DNA of 64,000 nt from contig JBJHCF010000024.1 in the NCBI GenBank assembly GCA_050506795.1, forward strand, positions 16,358-80,357, given 5' to 3'. The DNA comes from Opitutia bacterium (lineage in GTDB: Bacteria > Verrucomicrobiota > Verrucomicrobiia > Opitutales > T3Sed10-336). The notes under the pieces were generated by a model. The model was not told where the DNA came from and searched no databases. It was given only the letters and a program-made list of their open reading frames with translations. The translations under genes and the position numbers were made by a program. Shown piece after piece: positions 49,807 through 58,687 of the stretch; within the stretch, counting starts at the first letter, position 1, and each line of letters opens with the position of its first letter.

Positions 49807-50607
49807 ATGACTCTTGCTCCCAGTCTACGACACCCTTCCGTCCGGCCGCTCGGAAAAGGGCTGCTTCCGGTGGACCGCCTTTTCGACGGGGTGTCCGATA
49901 TAGTCTTTTTTGTCAAAGACGAAGCCGGACGATACTTGGCCGTGAACGACACCCTGGCCAGGCGTTGCGGTTGCACGCGAAAGGATGAGGTGATCGGGCG
50001 TACAGCGGGCGAGCTGTTTCCCTCGCCCTTGGGCGAGGCGTTTGCCCGGCAGGATCAGGCGATTCTGCGGGGGGGCGGATCGATCCGGGATCACCTCGAA
50101 CTTCATCTTTACCCGGACGGCGTTCGCGGATGGTGCCTCACGTTCAAAGAACCGGTGCTGGGCGAAGGAGGCCGGGTGGTGGGGGTTTGCGGAATTTCCC
50201 GGGACCTGCATGCTCGCGCCGATCACGAGGACGACTATGCCGCTCTCTCGGCGGTGGTCGATCACATACACCTGCATTTCGACCAGCCGCTCCGTCTTCC
50301 GGCGCTTGCCGGTATGGCGGGTCTTTCGGTGTACCAATTCGATCAGCGGATACGCGCCCTGTTCCATTTGACCGCCGGTCAGTATATCGTGAAGGTTCGT
50401 GTCGACGCGGCCTGTCGTCTGCTGGCGGAGAGCGATCAAACCATATCCCAGATCGCCCTGGCCTGCGGGTATTCCGACCAATCCGCTTTTTCTCGTCAGT
50501 TTAAACAAACCACCGGGCTCAGCCCGCTCGCCTACCGTCGAAGCGCGGCCGTTCGGTCCGCTTCCGGACGGGGCTCCGCCGCGAGAGGATTTCCCCGCAG
50601 TCCTTAA
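49807..50607 (+). CDS. AraC family regulator with N-terminal PAS domain (probable Hyp regulator)
   Basis: FFVKD.AGRY..VN PAS motif; C-terminal IA.ACGYSDQSAFSRQFK; divergent from the epimerase. Confidence 0.9.
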   Translation: MTLAPSLRHPSVRPLGKGLLPVDRLFDGVSDIVFFVKDEAGRYLAVNDTLARRCGCTRKDEVIGRTAGELFPSPLGEAFARQDQAILRGGGSIRDHLELHLYPDGVRGWCLTFKEPVLGEGGRVVGVCGISRDLHARADHEDDYAALSAVVDHIHLHFDQPLRLPALAGMAGLSVYQFDQRIRALFHLTAGQYIVKVRVDAACRLLAESDQTISQIALACGYSDQSAFSRQFKQTTGLSPLAYRRSAAVRSASGRGSAARGFPRSP

Positions 50608-51851
50608 AATCGTCCCGGCGCCAGAGCGTCGATCGGACGGAAAGGGGTGTCGCCGGTCAGGAGGTCGCTCACCAGGCGCCCACTGACCGGGCCCAGGCTC
50701 AGGCCCATCATGGCGTGGCCGGAGGCGATGATAAGGTTGGAGAAGCGGGAGGTGCGTCCCAGGTAGGGAAGTCCGTCCGCGGAAACGGGTCGCAGGCCGA
50801 CCCAGGGAGTAATGTCCTCGAAATGATCCTCACTGAAGCGGGGAAAATAGGCGTTGACCCCTTTTAGGATGCCGCGGACGCGCGCCGGGTTAACGGCGAA
50901 GTCGAGTTTACCGATTTCCATGGTGCCGCCGATACGGACGCCGCCTCCCATCGGCGTCATGGTCACCTTGGCCTCCGCCAGAATGGCGCCGATCGAGGGC
51001 CGTTCCGGGGGATCTTCGAGCGTGAGGGAATAGCCTTTTCCCGGCTGCAGCGGAAGTTTGATGCCCACACGGGCGAGGATCTGGGCGCTCCAGGCGCCGC
51101 CGGCGATTACGAACTGGCCGGCTTCAAACCGGCGAGAGCCGGAAGTGAGCGCGGTGACCTTTCCTCCGGAGGTATCGATTCCGTCGATGACGGTTTCGTC
51201 GACGATCGTCCCACCGAGATCTTTGACTCGGGTACGCATCGATTCCAGGAAACGGCTCGGGTCGAGATGGCAGTCCTGCGCGTAGTGGACTGAGCCGAGA
51301 ATGTCCATGGTCACGTCCGGATTGAGTGCCTCCGTGCCCTCGGCATCCAGGACCTCGACCTCCAGGCCGAGACTCCGTGCGGCCTCGGCGATCTCCGCTT
51401 CTTCATCCAACCCCTTTTGGGTTTTGCAGAGCATGAGGAGCCCGCGCATTTGCAGTCCGAAGTCATCATCGGCCGCCAGCTCGCTGAAGAGTCTGCGGCT
51501 TTCCAGGTTGAGATCACGCAACAACTCGCCGCTGGCGGCGACATGTCGTTGGGTGCAGTGGCGGTAAAAGATCCACCCCCAGCGCGCCATAGCGGGATCG
51601 AGTCGCGGCCTGACGAAGAACGGGCTTTCCGGATTGAACATCCAGCGTATCCCCTGGGTCATGACTCCGGGGGCGGCGATGGGAATAAAGTGACTGGGCA
51701 CCACAAAGCCGGCGTTGCGCATGGAGCAATTGTCGCCGCCCTCGGCTTCGCCCTGGACGATCGTAACGTCCAGGCCGCGGCGCAACGCGTAGTAGGCTGA
51801 ACAGAGCCCGACCGCTCCTCCACCGAGAATCACAACCGGTTGTGCTTTCAT
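50604..51851 (-). CDS. FAD-dependent D-amino acid dehydrogenase (probable D-hydroxyproline dehydrogenase)
   Basis: GGGAVG, NAG, PGKGYS, W.GLRP..ADGLP and GHAMMG; context in the Hyp cluster. Confidence 0.85.
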   Translation of the reverse strand: MKAQPVVILGGGAVGLCSAYYALRRGLDVTIVQGEAEGGDNCSMRNAGFVVPSHFIPIAAPGVMTQGIRWMFNPESPFFVRPRLDPAMARWGWIFYRHCTQRHVAASGELLRDLNLESRRLFSELAADDDFGLQMRGLLMLCKTQKGLDEEAEIAEAARSLGLEVEVLDAEGTEALNPDVTMDILGSVHYAQDCHLDPSRFLESMRTRVKDLGGTIVDETVIDGIDTSGGKVTALTSGSRRFEAGQFVIAGGAWSAQILARVGIKLPLQPGKGYSLTLEDPPERPSIGAILAEAKVTMTPMGGGVRIGGTMEIGKLDFAVNPARVRGILKGVNAYFPRFSEDHFEDITPWVGLRPVSADGLPYLGRTSRFSNLIIASGHAMMGLSLGPVSGRLVSDLLTGDTPFRPIDALAPGRF

Positions 51852-52007
51852 TATGTGTATTCTACCTTGACTGTCTTGTGGGAAAAGCGAGCGATTGCTT
51901 TAGATTCAGCCGCAGCAAAGGTGAAGGCTACGCCGCAGGGTTGTTTCCGTGCCTTTGGGATCCGGACCATCTAAATCGGCAACCAACCCCCAACGTGCTC
52001 ACGAGAT

Positions 52008-53996
52008 TCACGGCAGCGTGACGCGGACGAGTCCGTATCCGCGGGATGCGGAGAAGTTGAACGGGATCCTTACAATCGCGCGCTCCCATTCGGAATCGAT
52101 CTCAATCACTTGCGGAATCACGGCGACCGGAATCCAGGATTCCAGGTCCGTCGACCAGAACGGGGTGTAGGTCAGGCCGCTGTTTTTTCGGCGGATGAAC
52201 TCAATGACGAGCAAGCGATTGGTCCTTGATTCGCTGATAGCGACGCACGGTAAACCGGAGACCTCGTTGCCGCCCGGAGCCAGCGTCCGGCGATCGGCCA
52301 GCGAAAGATCCATGTTGAACGCGTACTTGAGCAGGTTTTGGATTCCGTCGCCGAACGGAACGGCGTTCGGTTCGGCGTCGACGCCGTTCAGGCCGGCGAT
52401 GGACACGGAAGCTTCGAAATGCTCCCTCGCCGGGAGTATTGCCGGCTCCGCGATCGTGTGCACCTGGTTCGGTTCCAGATCGTACACGTCCTGCTCGATC
52501 CCGCTCGGCCAACGGATATGCACGTGTTCGACCGGCCGCCCTTCCATCCGGCCCAATCCGAAGTGTGCAGTCCTTTCGTTGTGAGAGAGAAAGTTCGCCT
52601 CCAGGTTTACTTCGTGCACGTAACGGATGTCGGGGTTGTCCAGGTCGGGCGTCACGGTGATCCACGCCCCGATGCCCTGGCGGTTGGAGACCCTGCCATT
52701 GAGGTTGATACGCAGCCAGTCGTTCTCTCCGCCGAGATTCTCGTACAGCGCCGGCCGGCCGGCATGAGCCAAAACGAGAATATCCTGCCAGCCGTTTCCG
52801 GTGAAATCGGCTGCGATCACACCCCGCCCGTAGAATCGCTCGGTCAATCCGGCTGCCTGATCCGTCCTCGTAAAAGCGATCTCCGGCACACCCAGGTTGC
52901 GATACAGATGGACCGGCTCCCGGGACAGCCAGCCATTGGCTACCACAAGGTCCCGCCAGCCGTCGTTGTCGTAATCGATCGTCGCCGCCCCCCAACCCCA
53001 ATTGGCTTTGCCCACGCCGGCCTGAGACGCCCGCTCGGTAAAGTACAGCCCGGGAAGACTCTGGTGCATTTCGTTGCGGTAAAGAATGTTGAAACCGATG
53101 TCCGTCAGGAAAACGTCCAACCAGCCATTGTTATTGAAATCGGCCACCGAAATGCCCATTTCGTGCTGACCGACCGTCGTGCCCGTTTCGGCCGATGCCT
53201 CCCGGAACGTGCCGTCTCCCTGGTTCCAGAAGAACTGATTGTTGATGAAGTCGTTGTAGGGGAAAAGGTCCGGGAACCCGTTGCGGTTCATGTCGGCGAA
53301 TCTCGCGCCGAACCCCCATTGACTGCGCGGTCCACCGACTCCGGCGGCCTCGGTGACATCCTCAAAAAACCCGGGAGCCTCGCTGCCGCGGTTGCGCAAC
53401 AGACGGTTGCGCGAGGAACCGGAAGTCAAATCGCTGATGAAGAGATCGAGGTAGCCGTTACCGGTGAAGTCGCCCGCGGTCACGCTCATCCCCCCGCGCA
53501 ATTCTCCCGTTTCAAGCGCCGCGCCGCGTGGCCGCGCCTGTTCAAACAGGCGGCCGTTCCCGTTGTTGATGTAAAGGTAATGCCGGAGCGTGCCAGCGCC
53601 AGTCACATACAGGTCCAGATGCCCGTTATTCGTCAGATCCGCAAGCAGGGCGCCATTGGTCTCGGCATTGATTGGATTGTCACCGAAGACCTCCTTCGTG
53701 CGGTCTTCGAACGTTCCATCGCCCATGTTCATGTAGAAAATGTCCGTGTTGTCGTGACGGGTCACAAATAGATCGTTCCGACCATTACCGAAAAAATCAC
53801 CGACCGCGGCGCCCCCGTTGATCGTACTGGCGACCCATTCAGGATCGAACTCAATCGCCTCGCGTTGCACGTGAGTCAAGCCGGCCTGCTCGGTGATATT
53901 GCGGAATCGCTGTCCTGCCTCCCCGGGAGCAACGAGAACGACAAACGCCCCCGCCGCGCCTGAAACAGTTCCCCACCGAACCGCATGACGCACCAT
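52008..53996 (-). CDS. CRTAC1-like FG-GAP repeat protein with ASPIC/UnbV domain and Verrucomicrobia-type C-terminal domain
   Basis: Repeated D..N.G..DL FG-GAP motifs; SNRQGIGA...HFGLG...IRWPSG; C-terminal GDG..NLLKYAF...STDL..W. Confidence 0.88.
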   Translation of the reverse strand: MVRHAVRWGTVSGAAGAFVVLVAPGEAGQRFRNITEQAGLTHVQREAIEFDPEWVASTINGGAAVGDFFGNGRNDLFVTRHDNTDIFYMNMGDGTFEDRTKEVFGDNPINAETNGALLADLTNNGHLDLYVTGAGTLRHYLYINNGNGRLFEQARPRGAALETGELRGGMSVTAGDFTGNGYLDLFISDLTSGSSRNRLLRNRGSEAPGFFEDVTEAAGVGGPRSQWGFGARFADMNRNGFPDLFPYNDFINNQFFWNQGDGTFREASAETGTTVGQHEMGISVADFNNNGWLDVFLTDIGFNILYRNEMHQSLPGLYFTERASQAGVGKANWGWGAATIDYDNDGWRDLVVANGWLSREPVHLYRNLGVPEIAFTRTDQAAGLTERFYGRGVIAADFTGNGWQDILVLAHAGRPALYENLGGENDWLRINLNGRVSNRQGIGAWITVTPDLDNPDIRYVHEVNLEANFLSHNERTAHFGLGRMEGRPVEHVHIRWPSGIEQDVYDLEPNQVHTIAEPAILPAREHFEASVSIAGLNGVDAEPNAVPFGDGIQNLLKYAFNMDLSLADRRTLAPGGNEVSGLPCVAISESRTNRLLVIEFIRRKNSGLTYTPFWSTDLESWIPVAVIPQVIEIDSEWERAIVRIPFNFSASRGYGLVRVTLP

Positions 53997-54029
53997 CAAA
54001 CCAACATCGTAAGCGCACATATTTTTGTC

Positions 54030-54112
54030 CGGGGAGGGCGGGGGATTCGAACCCTGGTTCTCAGGTTGGAAAACTCGAAAACATTACCGCTATTGTATCA
54101 GAGAGACCCGCA
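54030..54112 (-). pseudogene. Degenerate tRNA-Gly(TCC)-like sequence
   Basis: Minus strand has a D-loop-like AGCGGTA, anticodon loop TTTCCAA and T-loop GGGTTCGAATCCC at tRNA spacing; the acceptor stem does not pair and there is no CCA. Confidence 0.55.
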
Positions 54113-54401
54113 GTGGTTCGTAGCGATGGCATCCCCCATCGTCCGGGGCTTATTTTGGATCAGAGGGAATCCCGGGCAAGCCAAAACGTTTCGATTCCGT
54201 TCCGCTTCCAGGGCACCGGATTCAAGCTACGTAAACCTTTGATGCATGGAGACTATGATGATGGATTGATCACGTTTTGTTGGTCGGCGTCCGCCGAAGC
54301 ACGCGACCGCATTTTCAAATGGACTCGATTTGCTCTCTCGAGTAGTGTGTGTGTCGTCAGATAATCGTTCGGTCCGAAACCACTTGTTCTCTCCAATTAT
54401 T

Positions 54402-55616
54402 ATGGCTGCCAAACAGGATTCCATGGACAGATTTTCACGGCGCGCCTTTTTGCGGAGATGTGCCCTCGCCGGGACGGGATGGGCGGTGGGCGGGGCGTCC
54501 CTGTCGCGTCTGCTGTCCGCTGAAGGCACCGGAGGGGCGGAAGAGTCATGGTCGTTCTTTATTATCGCCGACACCCATTACCTCGCGCGGCGGGATAGTC
54601 CGGAAATGATCGATACGGAAAGTCTGGAGCTCAATGACCGTCTGATCGAAACCCTCAATGAACTCCCCGGCCGGAATCTTCCGGCGAACATCGGCGGCGG
54701 CCGCGTAGGAACGCCGCGCGGTGTGATCCACCTGGGAGATGTGGTCGACACCGGCGATAAGTTCGGCGGGGTTAATGAACGAATGACCGATACGGAGTGG
54801 CAATACTACGTCGAAAGGTACGGCCTTACGGGCAAGGAGGGGAAGCTTCGTTACCCTGTTTACGAGCTTCACGGAAATCACGATAGTCCGCGCCAGCACA
54901 ACGCTCCGATCAAGGGGATCATCGAGCGAAATCCGAACCGTCCCGGAGTGACGAACATTTCGGACAACGGGCTGCATTACTCCTGGGATTGGGGCGCCAT
55001 TCACTTTGTCGCCCTCGGCAACGTGGTCGGCCCCAACGACGACAATCGGCCCATCGGGCGCTACGAGTCTTTTCAGAGTCTTCCGTTTCTCATTTCCGAC
55101 CTGGAAAACCATGTCGGCAACAGCGGCCGGCCGGTTGTGCTGCTCCAGCATTCCGATCTGCACCGCTATGCGGTGCCGTGTGATACGAGCCAGGAAGCCG
55201 GCAGCCATGAGATGTGTTGCGAGGGGATGGAGAGAATCGCCTGGTGCAGCAGCGGGTGCGAGCGACCGACCGGCATCCTTCGCACGGAATGGAGCGCTTG
55301 CGATGTGGCCGCGTACCACAACGCCATTCGACCCTACAACATCGCCGCGATTTTCCACGGCCATTTGCATTCGCGCCGGACGGATCGGTGGGATGGCCTG
55401 AGGATGGATGCGGAAACCGGAATACCCGTCTTTGGTTCGAATAATTCAGGGGCCGGGGGCGCCAATCGCGCCTTCTTCCACTGCCGGATCAACGGCGAGC
55501 GTCTCGAGGTCCGCGAGTACCATTCGATCGGTGAGCGTGGCTGGGACGAGGAGCAGGCGCAGGTGGAGTGGACCCCGCAGGTTTGGAGTGTGCCCCTAGC
55601 AGCTGGTCGGACTTAG
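54402..55616 (+). CDS. Tat-exported calcineurin-like metallophosphoesterase (paralog of 38123-39283)
   Basis: SRRAFLR Tat motif; DTH, GDVVD, GNHD and HGHLH. Confidence 0.9.
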   Translation: MAAKQDSMDRFSRRAFLRRCALAGTGWAVGGASLSRLLSAEGTGGAEESWSFFIIADTHYLARRDSPEMIDTESLELNDRLIETLNELPGRNLPANIGGGRVGTPRGVIHLGDVVDTGDKFGGVNERMTDTEWQYYVERYGLTGKEGKLRYPVYELHGNHDSPRQHNAPIKGIIERNPNRPGVTNISDNGLHYSWDWGAIHFVALGNVVGPNDDNRPIGRYESFQSLPFLISDLENHVGNSGRPVVLLQHSDLHRYAVPCDTSQEAGSHEMCCEGMERIAWCSSGCERPTGILRTEWSACDVAAYHNAIRPYNIAAIFHGHLHSRRTDRWDGLRMDAETGIPVFGSNNSGAGGANRAFFHCRINGERLEVREYHSIGERGWDEEQAQVEWTPQVWSVPLAAGRT

Positions 55617-55745
55617 CCGGAGTGCCCTTTACGGGAACTGCCGTAGTCACGCCATAAGAACGCCCGCTGAAGCAGGGCGCTACGGTTCCGGAGCAACCCC
55701 GTAGCTCCGTGCTTTAGGCGGTAGCCTAAGTCCGACCAACTGCTA
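55597..55745. mobile_element. MITE-like element with 20-bp terminal inverted repeats, TA ends and an internal REP-like unit
   Basis: TAGCAGCTGGTCGGACTTAG (55597-55616) vs CTAAGTCCGACCAACTGCTA (55726-55745): 19/20 inverted match. Confidence 0.75.
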
Positions 55746-55779
55746 ATGCGCGCCTGAGCCGGTGTCCGGCGGGTTCCGG

Positions 55780-58686
55780 TTAAGGAGTGGGAAGCCGGTT
55801 GATGGTGCCGTGGAGGGAGTGCTCGACGGGTGTGCCGTCGGGGGCCCGAACGTTGACCATGAGTTCGTAGAACCAGGTGGGTTGGAGGGCGGGTACGGAG
55901 AGGATGATGGTGCGGCCGTCGGCGCCGGCATGGGCGCTTTCGATGTGCAAAGCCTTCTCATCCCGGTGATCCCCACCGTATCGTTCGGTTCGCTCGACGG
56001 ACCAGACCCTCAATGCGAACGCGTTGGGGGTGACGCTGGTGGCGTCGATCGGGTCGCTGAAAGTAAGCTTGAGTCCGTCCAATGTCGCTTCGATTCCGAT
56101 CGGCACATGCGCGGGCTCGCCGTCGTAGCGGATGCGATGAAATCCTCCGGGCGCGGTGGCGTTTCCCGCCCAGGCGAACATGCCGGCGGTGTAGAGCTCG
56201 CCGTCGGGACCAAAGCGTCCTCGCATGATACCGGTTTCAAACGCGGGCAGGGGGAGTTCGCTCACCGCACCCTGCCAGGTTCCATCGACTTCCTGGTGGG
56301 GAACGATGAATACCTTTCCGGTTCCGTAGCTGAGGTTCAGCAGGGATCCGCCGAAAGGCCCCCAGACATCTTCCGGCACCCATACGAGTTCGGCCGGACT
56401 GCGGTCCTTATCGTTGGTAATCCACACCATCGACGGTTCCATTGCCGAGTCCGAGGAGTCGGTAACCTCGGTGTAGGCAAGCATGTTGCCGTAGAACCCT
56501 CCCACTTCAACGCGGTTGATTCGATTCTTGGGAATCCAGTGGCCTTCCTGGTCGGTGACGAAGAAGGTGCCGTCGTCATTCAACAGGACACCGTTGGCCG
56601 CGCGGAATCCGGTGGCGAGGATTTCGGTTCGCCGGCCGTCCGCGCGGACCCGCAGCAACGTGCCGTGATGCGGAACCAGGCCCGGAAGGGCGTGACGGGC
56701 GGATTTCGCGTAGTAAAAGTTCCCATCAGAATCTGTCTGCAGGCCCATGGCGAACTCGTGAAAGTGTTCGGTGACCTGGTGGTCGTTGTTAAAAGACTCG
56801 ATGAAATCGATCTCGCCGTTGCCGTTGAGGTCGTGCAGCCGCGCCAGTTGATCCCGGCAGGTAATGAAGAGCTCGTCATCACGGTATATCACGCCCAGAG
56901 GTTGAAAGAGACCGGTGGCGATACGGCGCCAACGGAGCGATGCCGGCGCCGGGTCGAAAATCCCGTCGACCCGCCAGACGTCGCCGTTCCACATTGCGAT
57001 GACGGCTCCATTGCCATCGGGAGTGAAATCAAATCCGCCCGGACGCATCCAGCCGTGCCAGGCATTGTCTTCCGGAAGCGGGAATGTGTCCGCGATGAAA
57101 GGAGTTTCCGAGTTCCCGGCCTGTGACCGGGTGGTGACGGTTTCCGGCCAACCGGCCGGGCCGCCTTGAGTGAGCGGAGCAAGGTCGAGCGGTTCGGTGT
57201 GGGAATCCGCGAGCGCACTGAGCGAGGCGGGATCGACGGTCGAAATGAAGATCCGCGCTTTCGCCTCCGGGGGGAGTTCCGCCACCCAGAAACCGTCGCT
57301 TGTTCGCAATGAACCGTCTCCCGAAATCTCGACATTCACCTCGTCCGGGGCCACCCGGAGCAGCAGGGCATTTGTTCCGCTTCCGACATTGACGGTGCGA
57401 AGAAACACCGGAGCCGTTCCGTAGTCGATCCACCCGGGAGATTCCAGCACGGGGGTCCCGTTGATGTCCGCCGCGATGACCACCCGGTTTCCGTGCAGGT
57501 ACAGTCCCCGGTAATGAGCCCAATCGCGGGGCAGGGGGCCGTACGCCCGTCCGTCTCGACCGAGCGGACGCGGGTCATCCCAGGAGCCGGAGGGCGAGGC
57601 CCACCCGGGGGCCGCCGGGTTTACGATGTGCTGTTCCCCGGTAAGGCGGGTGTGGGAGTTGTGGCTTCCGTCGAAGGCGATTCCGCGCCAATCGATGAAG
57701 CTGCCGGTGGTCGCGGCGGCCAGCCGCAAGGTATCGTGATCGTACACCATCCACCCCCGGCCTTTGGTGACGCCGCCGGAGCCCTCGTCCACCCGGATTG
57801 CGATCCCTTTTTGAGCGATGTTCCCCGGTTCCACCTCATAGGTCCAGAACAGCGCCGGGCCAATTTCCATGCGTTCGTAAACCGGCAGCGAGCGGTCCTC
57901 GCGTTCGGGTTCGGCTTCGGCCAGACCTTTCGGTAGCGAGTTGAGATAGGAGTCCGTGATTTCAAAAAACTGATCCGGATTGTAGCGGCGCAGGAACGCT
58001 TCGCGGATGTAATGGGTGACCGCATACTTCTGCTCTGTTGTGAGCTGTGGCTGCGGCACCATCATGCCAAACCCTTCGGTCAGGGTGACGTACATGGAGT
58101 GTGGGTCCGAACCGTTAAAGAAGGCGTCGTGGGCGAACTGGGTGGCGGTTGGCAACGACCCGGGCTGATCGCGCGTTCCGTGACACGCCAGGCAGGATTG
58201 CGTGTAGATCTGCCGGCCTTGTTCGAAAGTCGCATCGTCCCAGCCGGCAACAATTTTGGCGTGATCCGATTGTTTGAGGGGTTGAATCCAGGCGCGCTCA
58301 ACTCTGGGGTTGGGCAGAGCGGAATCGGTTCCCGAATCGATCGTAATGGCGGGAAATTCCCGGTTGCCGGAGTGGGGAAAAGAAGGGACTTCCTCCGGGC
58401 CGCGCACGAGCTCGCCATCCGCCCAGGCCCGCAGTACCATGGTATTTTCGGTCGGACGTTCAATCGCGATGTCATGCCTGGTCGCGACCGACAACGGAAC
58501 GGTCAGGTTGGGAGCAAGTTGCACCGTTCCCCCGGCCGGACCCGAGAACTCAATGTGGAGCCGAAAATCGCGCGGGTGGTCCGGCGCATTGAGTGCAAAG
58601 CCGTCTCGCGGCCGATCCGCGAAAACCAGTGCACAGAACGTGACCACCGCGGCGACCGAAACGGCGGAGCACAAGATCTTCAGCAT
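55780..58686 (-). CDS. Secreted c-type cytochrome / DUF6797 protein with sorbosone-dehydrogenase-like propeller
   Basis: CLACH heme motif; IAQKGIAIR.D, RDGR.YGPLP..W, GLFQPLG, FHEFAMGL and DQEGHW. Confidence 0.82.
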   Translation of the reverse strand: MLKILCSAVSVAAVVTFCALVFADRPRDGFALNAPDHPRDFRLHIEFSGPAGGTVQLAPNLTVPLSVATRHDIAIERPTENTMVLRAWADGELVRGPEEVPSFPHSGNREFPAITIDSGTDSALPNPRVERAWIQPLKQSDHAKIVAGWDDATFEQGRQIYTQSCLACHGTRDQPGSLPTATQFAHDAFFNGSDPHSMYVTLTEGFGMMVPQPQLTTEQKYAVTHYIREAFLRRYNPDQFFEITDSYLNSLPKGLAEAEPEREDRSLPVYERMEIGPALFWTYEVEPGNIAQKGIAIRVDEGSGGVTKGRGWMVYDHDTLRLAAATTGSFIDWRGIAFDGSHNSHTRLTGEQHIVNPAAPGWASPSGSWDDPRPLGRDGRAYGPLPRDWAHYRGLYLHGNRVVIAADINGTPVLESPGWIDYGTAPVFLRTVNVGSGTNALLLRVAPDEVNVEISGDGSLRTSDGFWVAELPPEAKARIFISTVDPASLSALADSHTEPLDLAPLTQGGPAGWPETVTTRSQAGNSETPFIADTFPLPEDNAWHGWMRPGGFDFTPDGNGAVIAMWNGDVWRVDGIFDPAPASLRWRRIATGLFQPLGVIYRDDELFITCRDQLARLHDLNGNGEIDFIESFNNDHQVTEHFHEFAMGLQTDSDGNFYYAKSARHALPGLVPHHGTLLRVRADGRRTEILATGFRAANGVLLNDDGTFFVTDQEGHWIPKNRINRVEVGGFYGNMLAYTEVTDSSDSAMEPSMVWITNDKDRSPAELVWVPEDVWGPFGGSLLNLSYGTGKVFIVPHQEVDGTWQGAVSELPLPAFETGIMRGRFGPDGELYTAGMFAWAGNATAPGGFHRIRYDGEPAHVPIGIEATLDGLKLTFSDPIDATSVTPNAFALRVWSVERTERYGGDHRDEKALHIESAHAGADGRTIILSVPALQPTWFYELMVNVRAPDGTPVEHSLHGTINRLPTP

Positions 58687-58687
58687 G

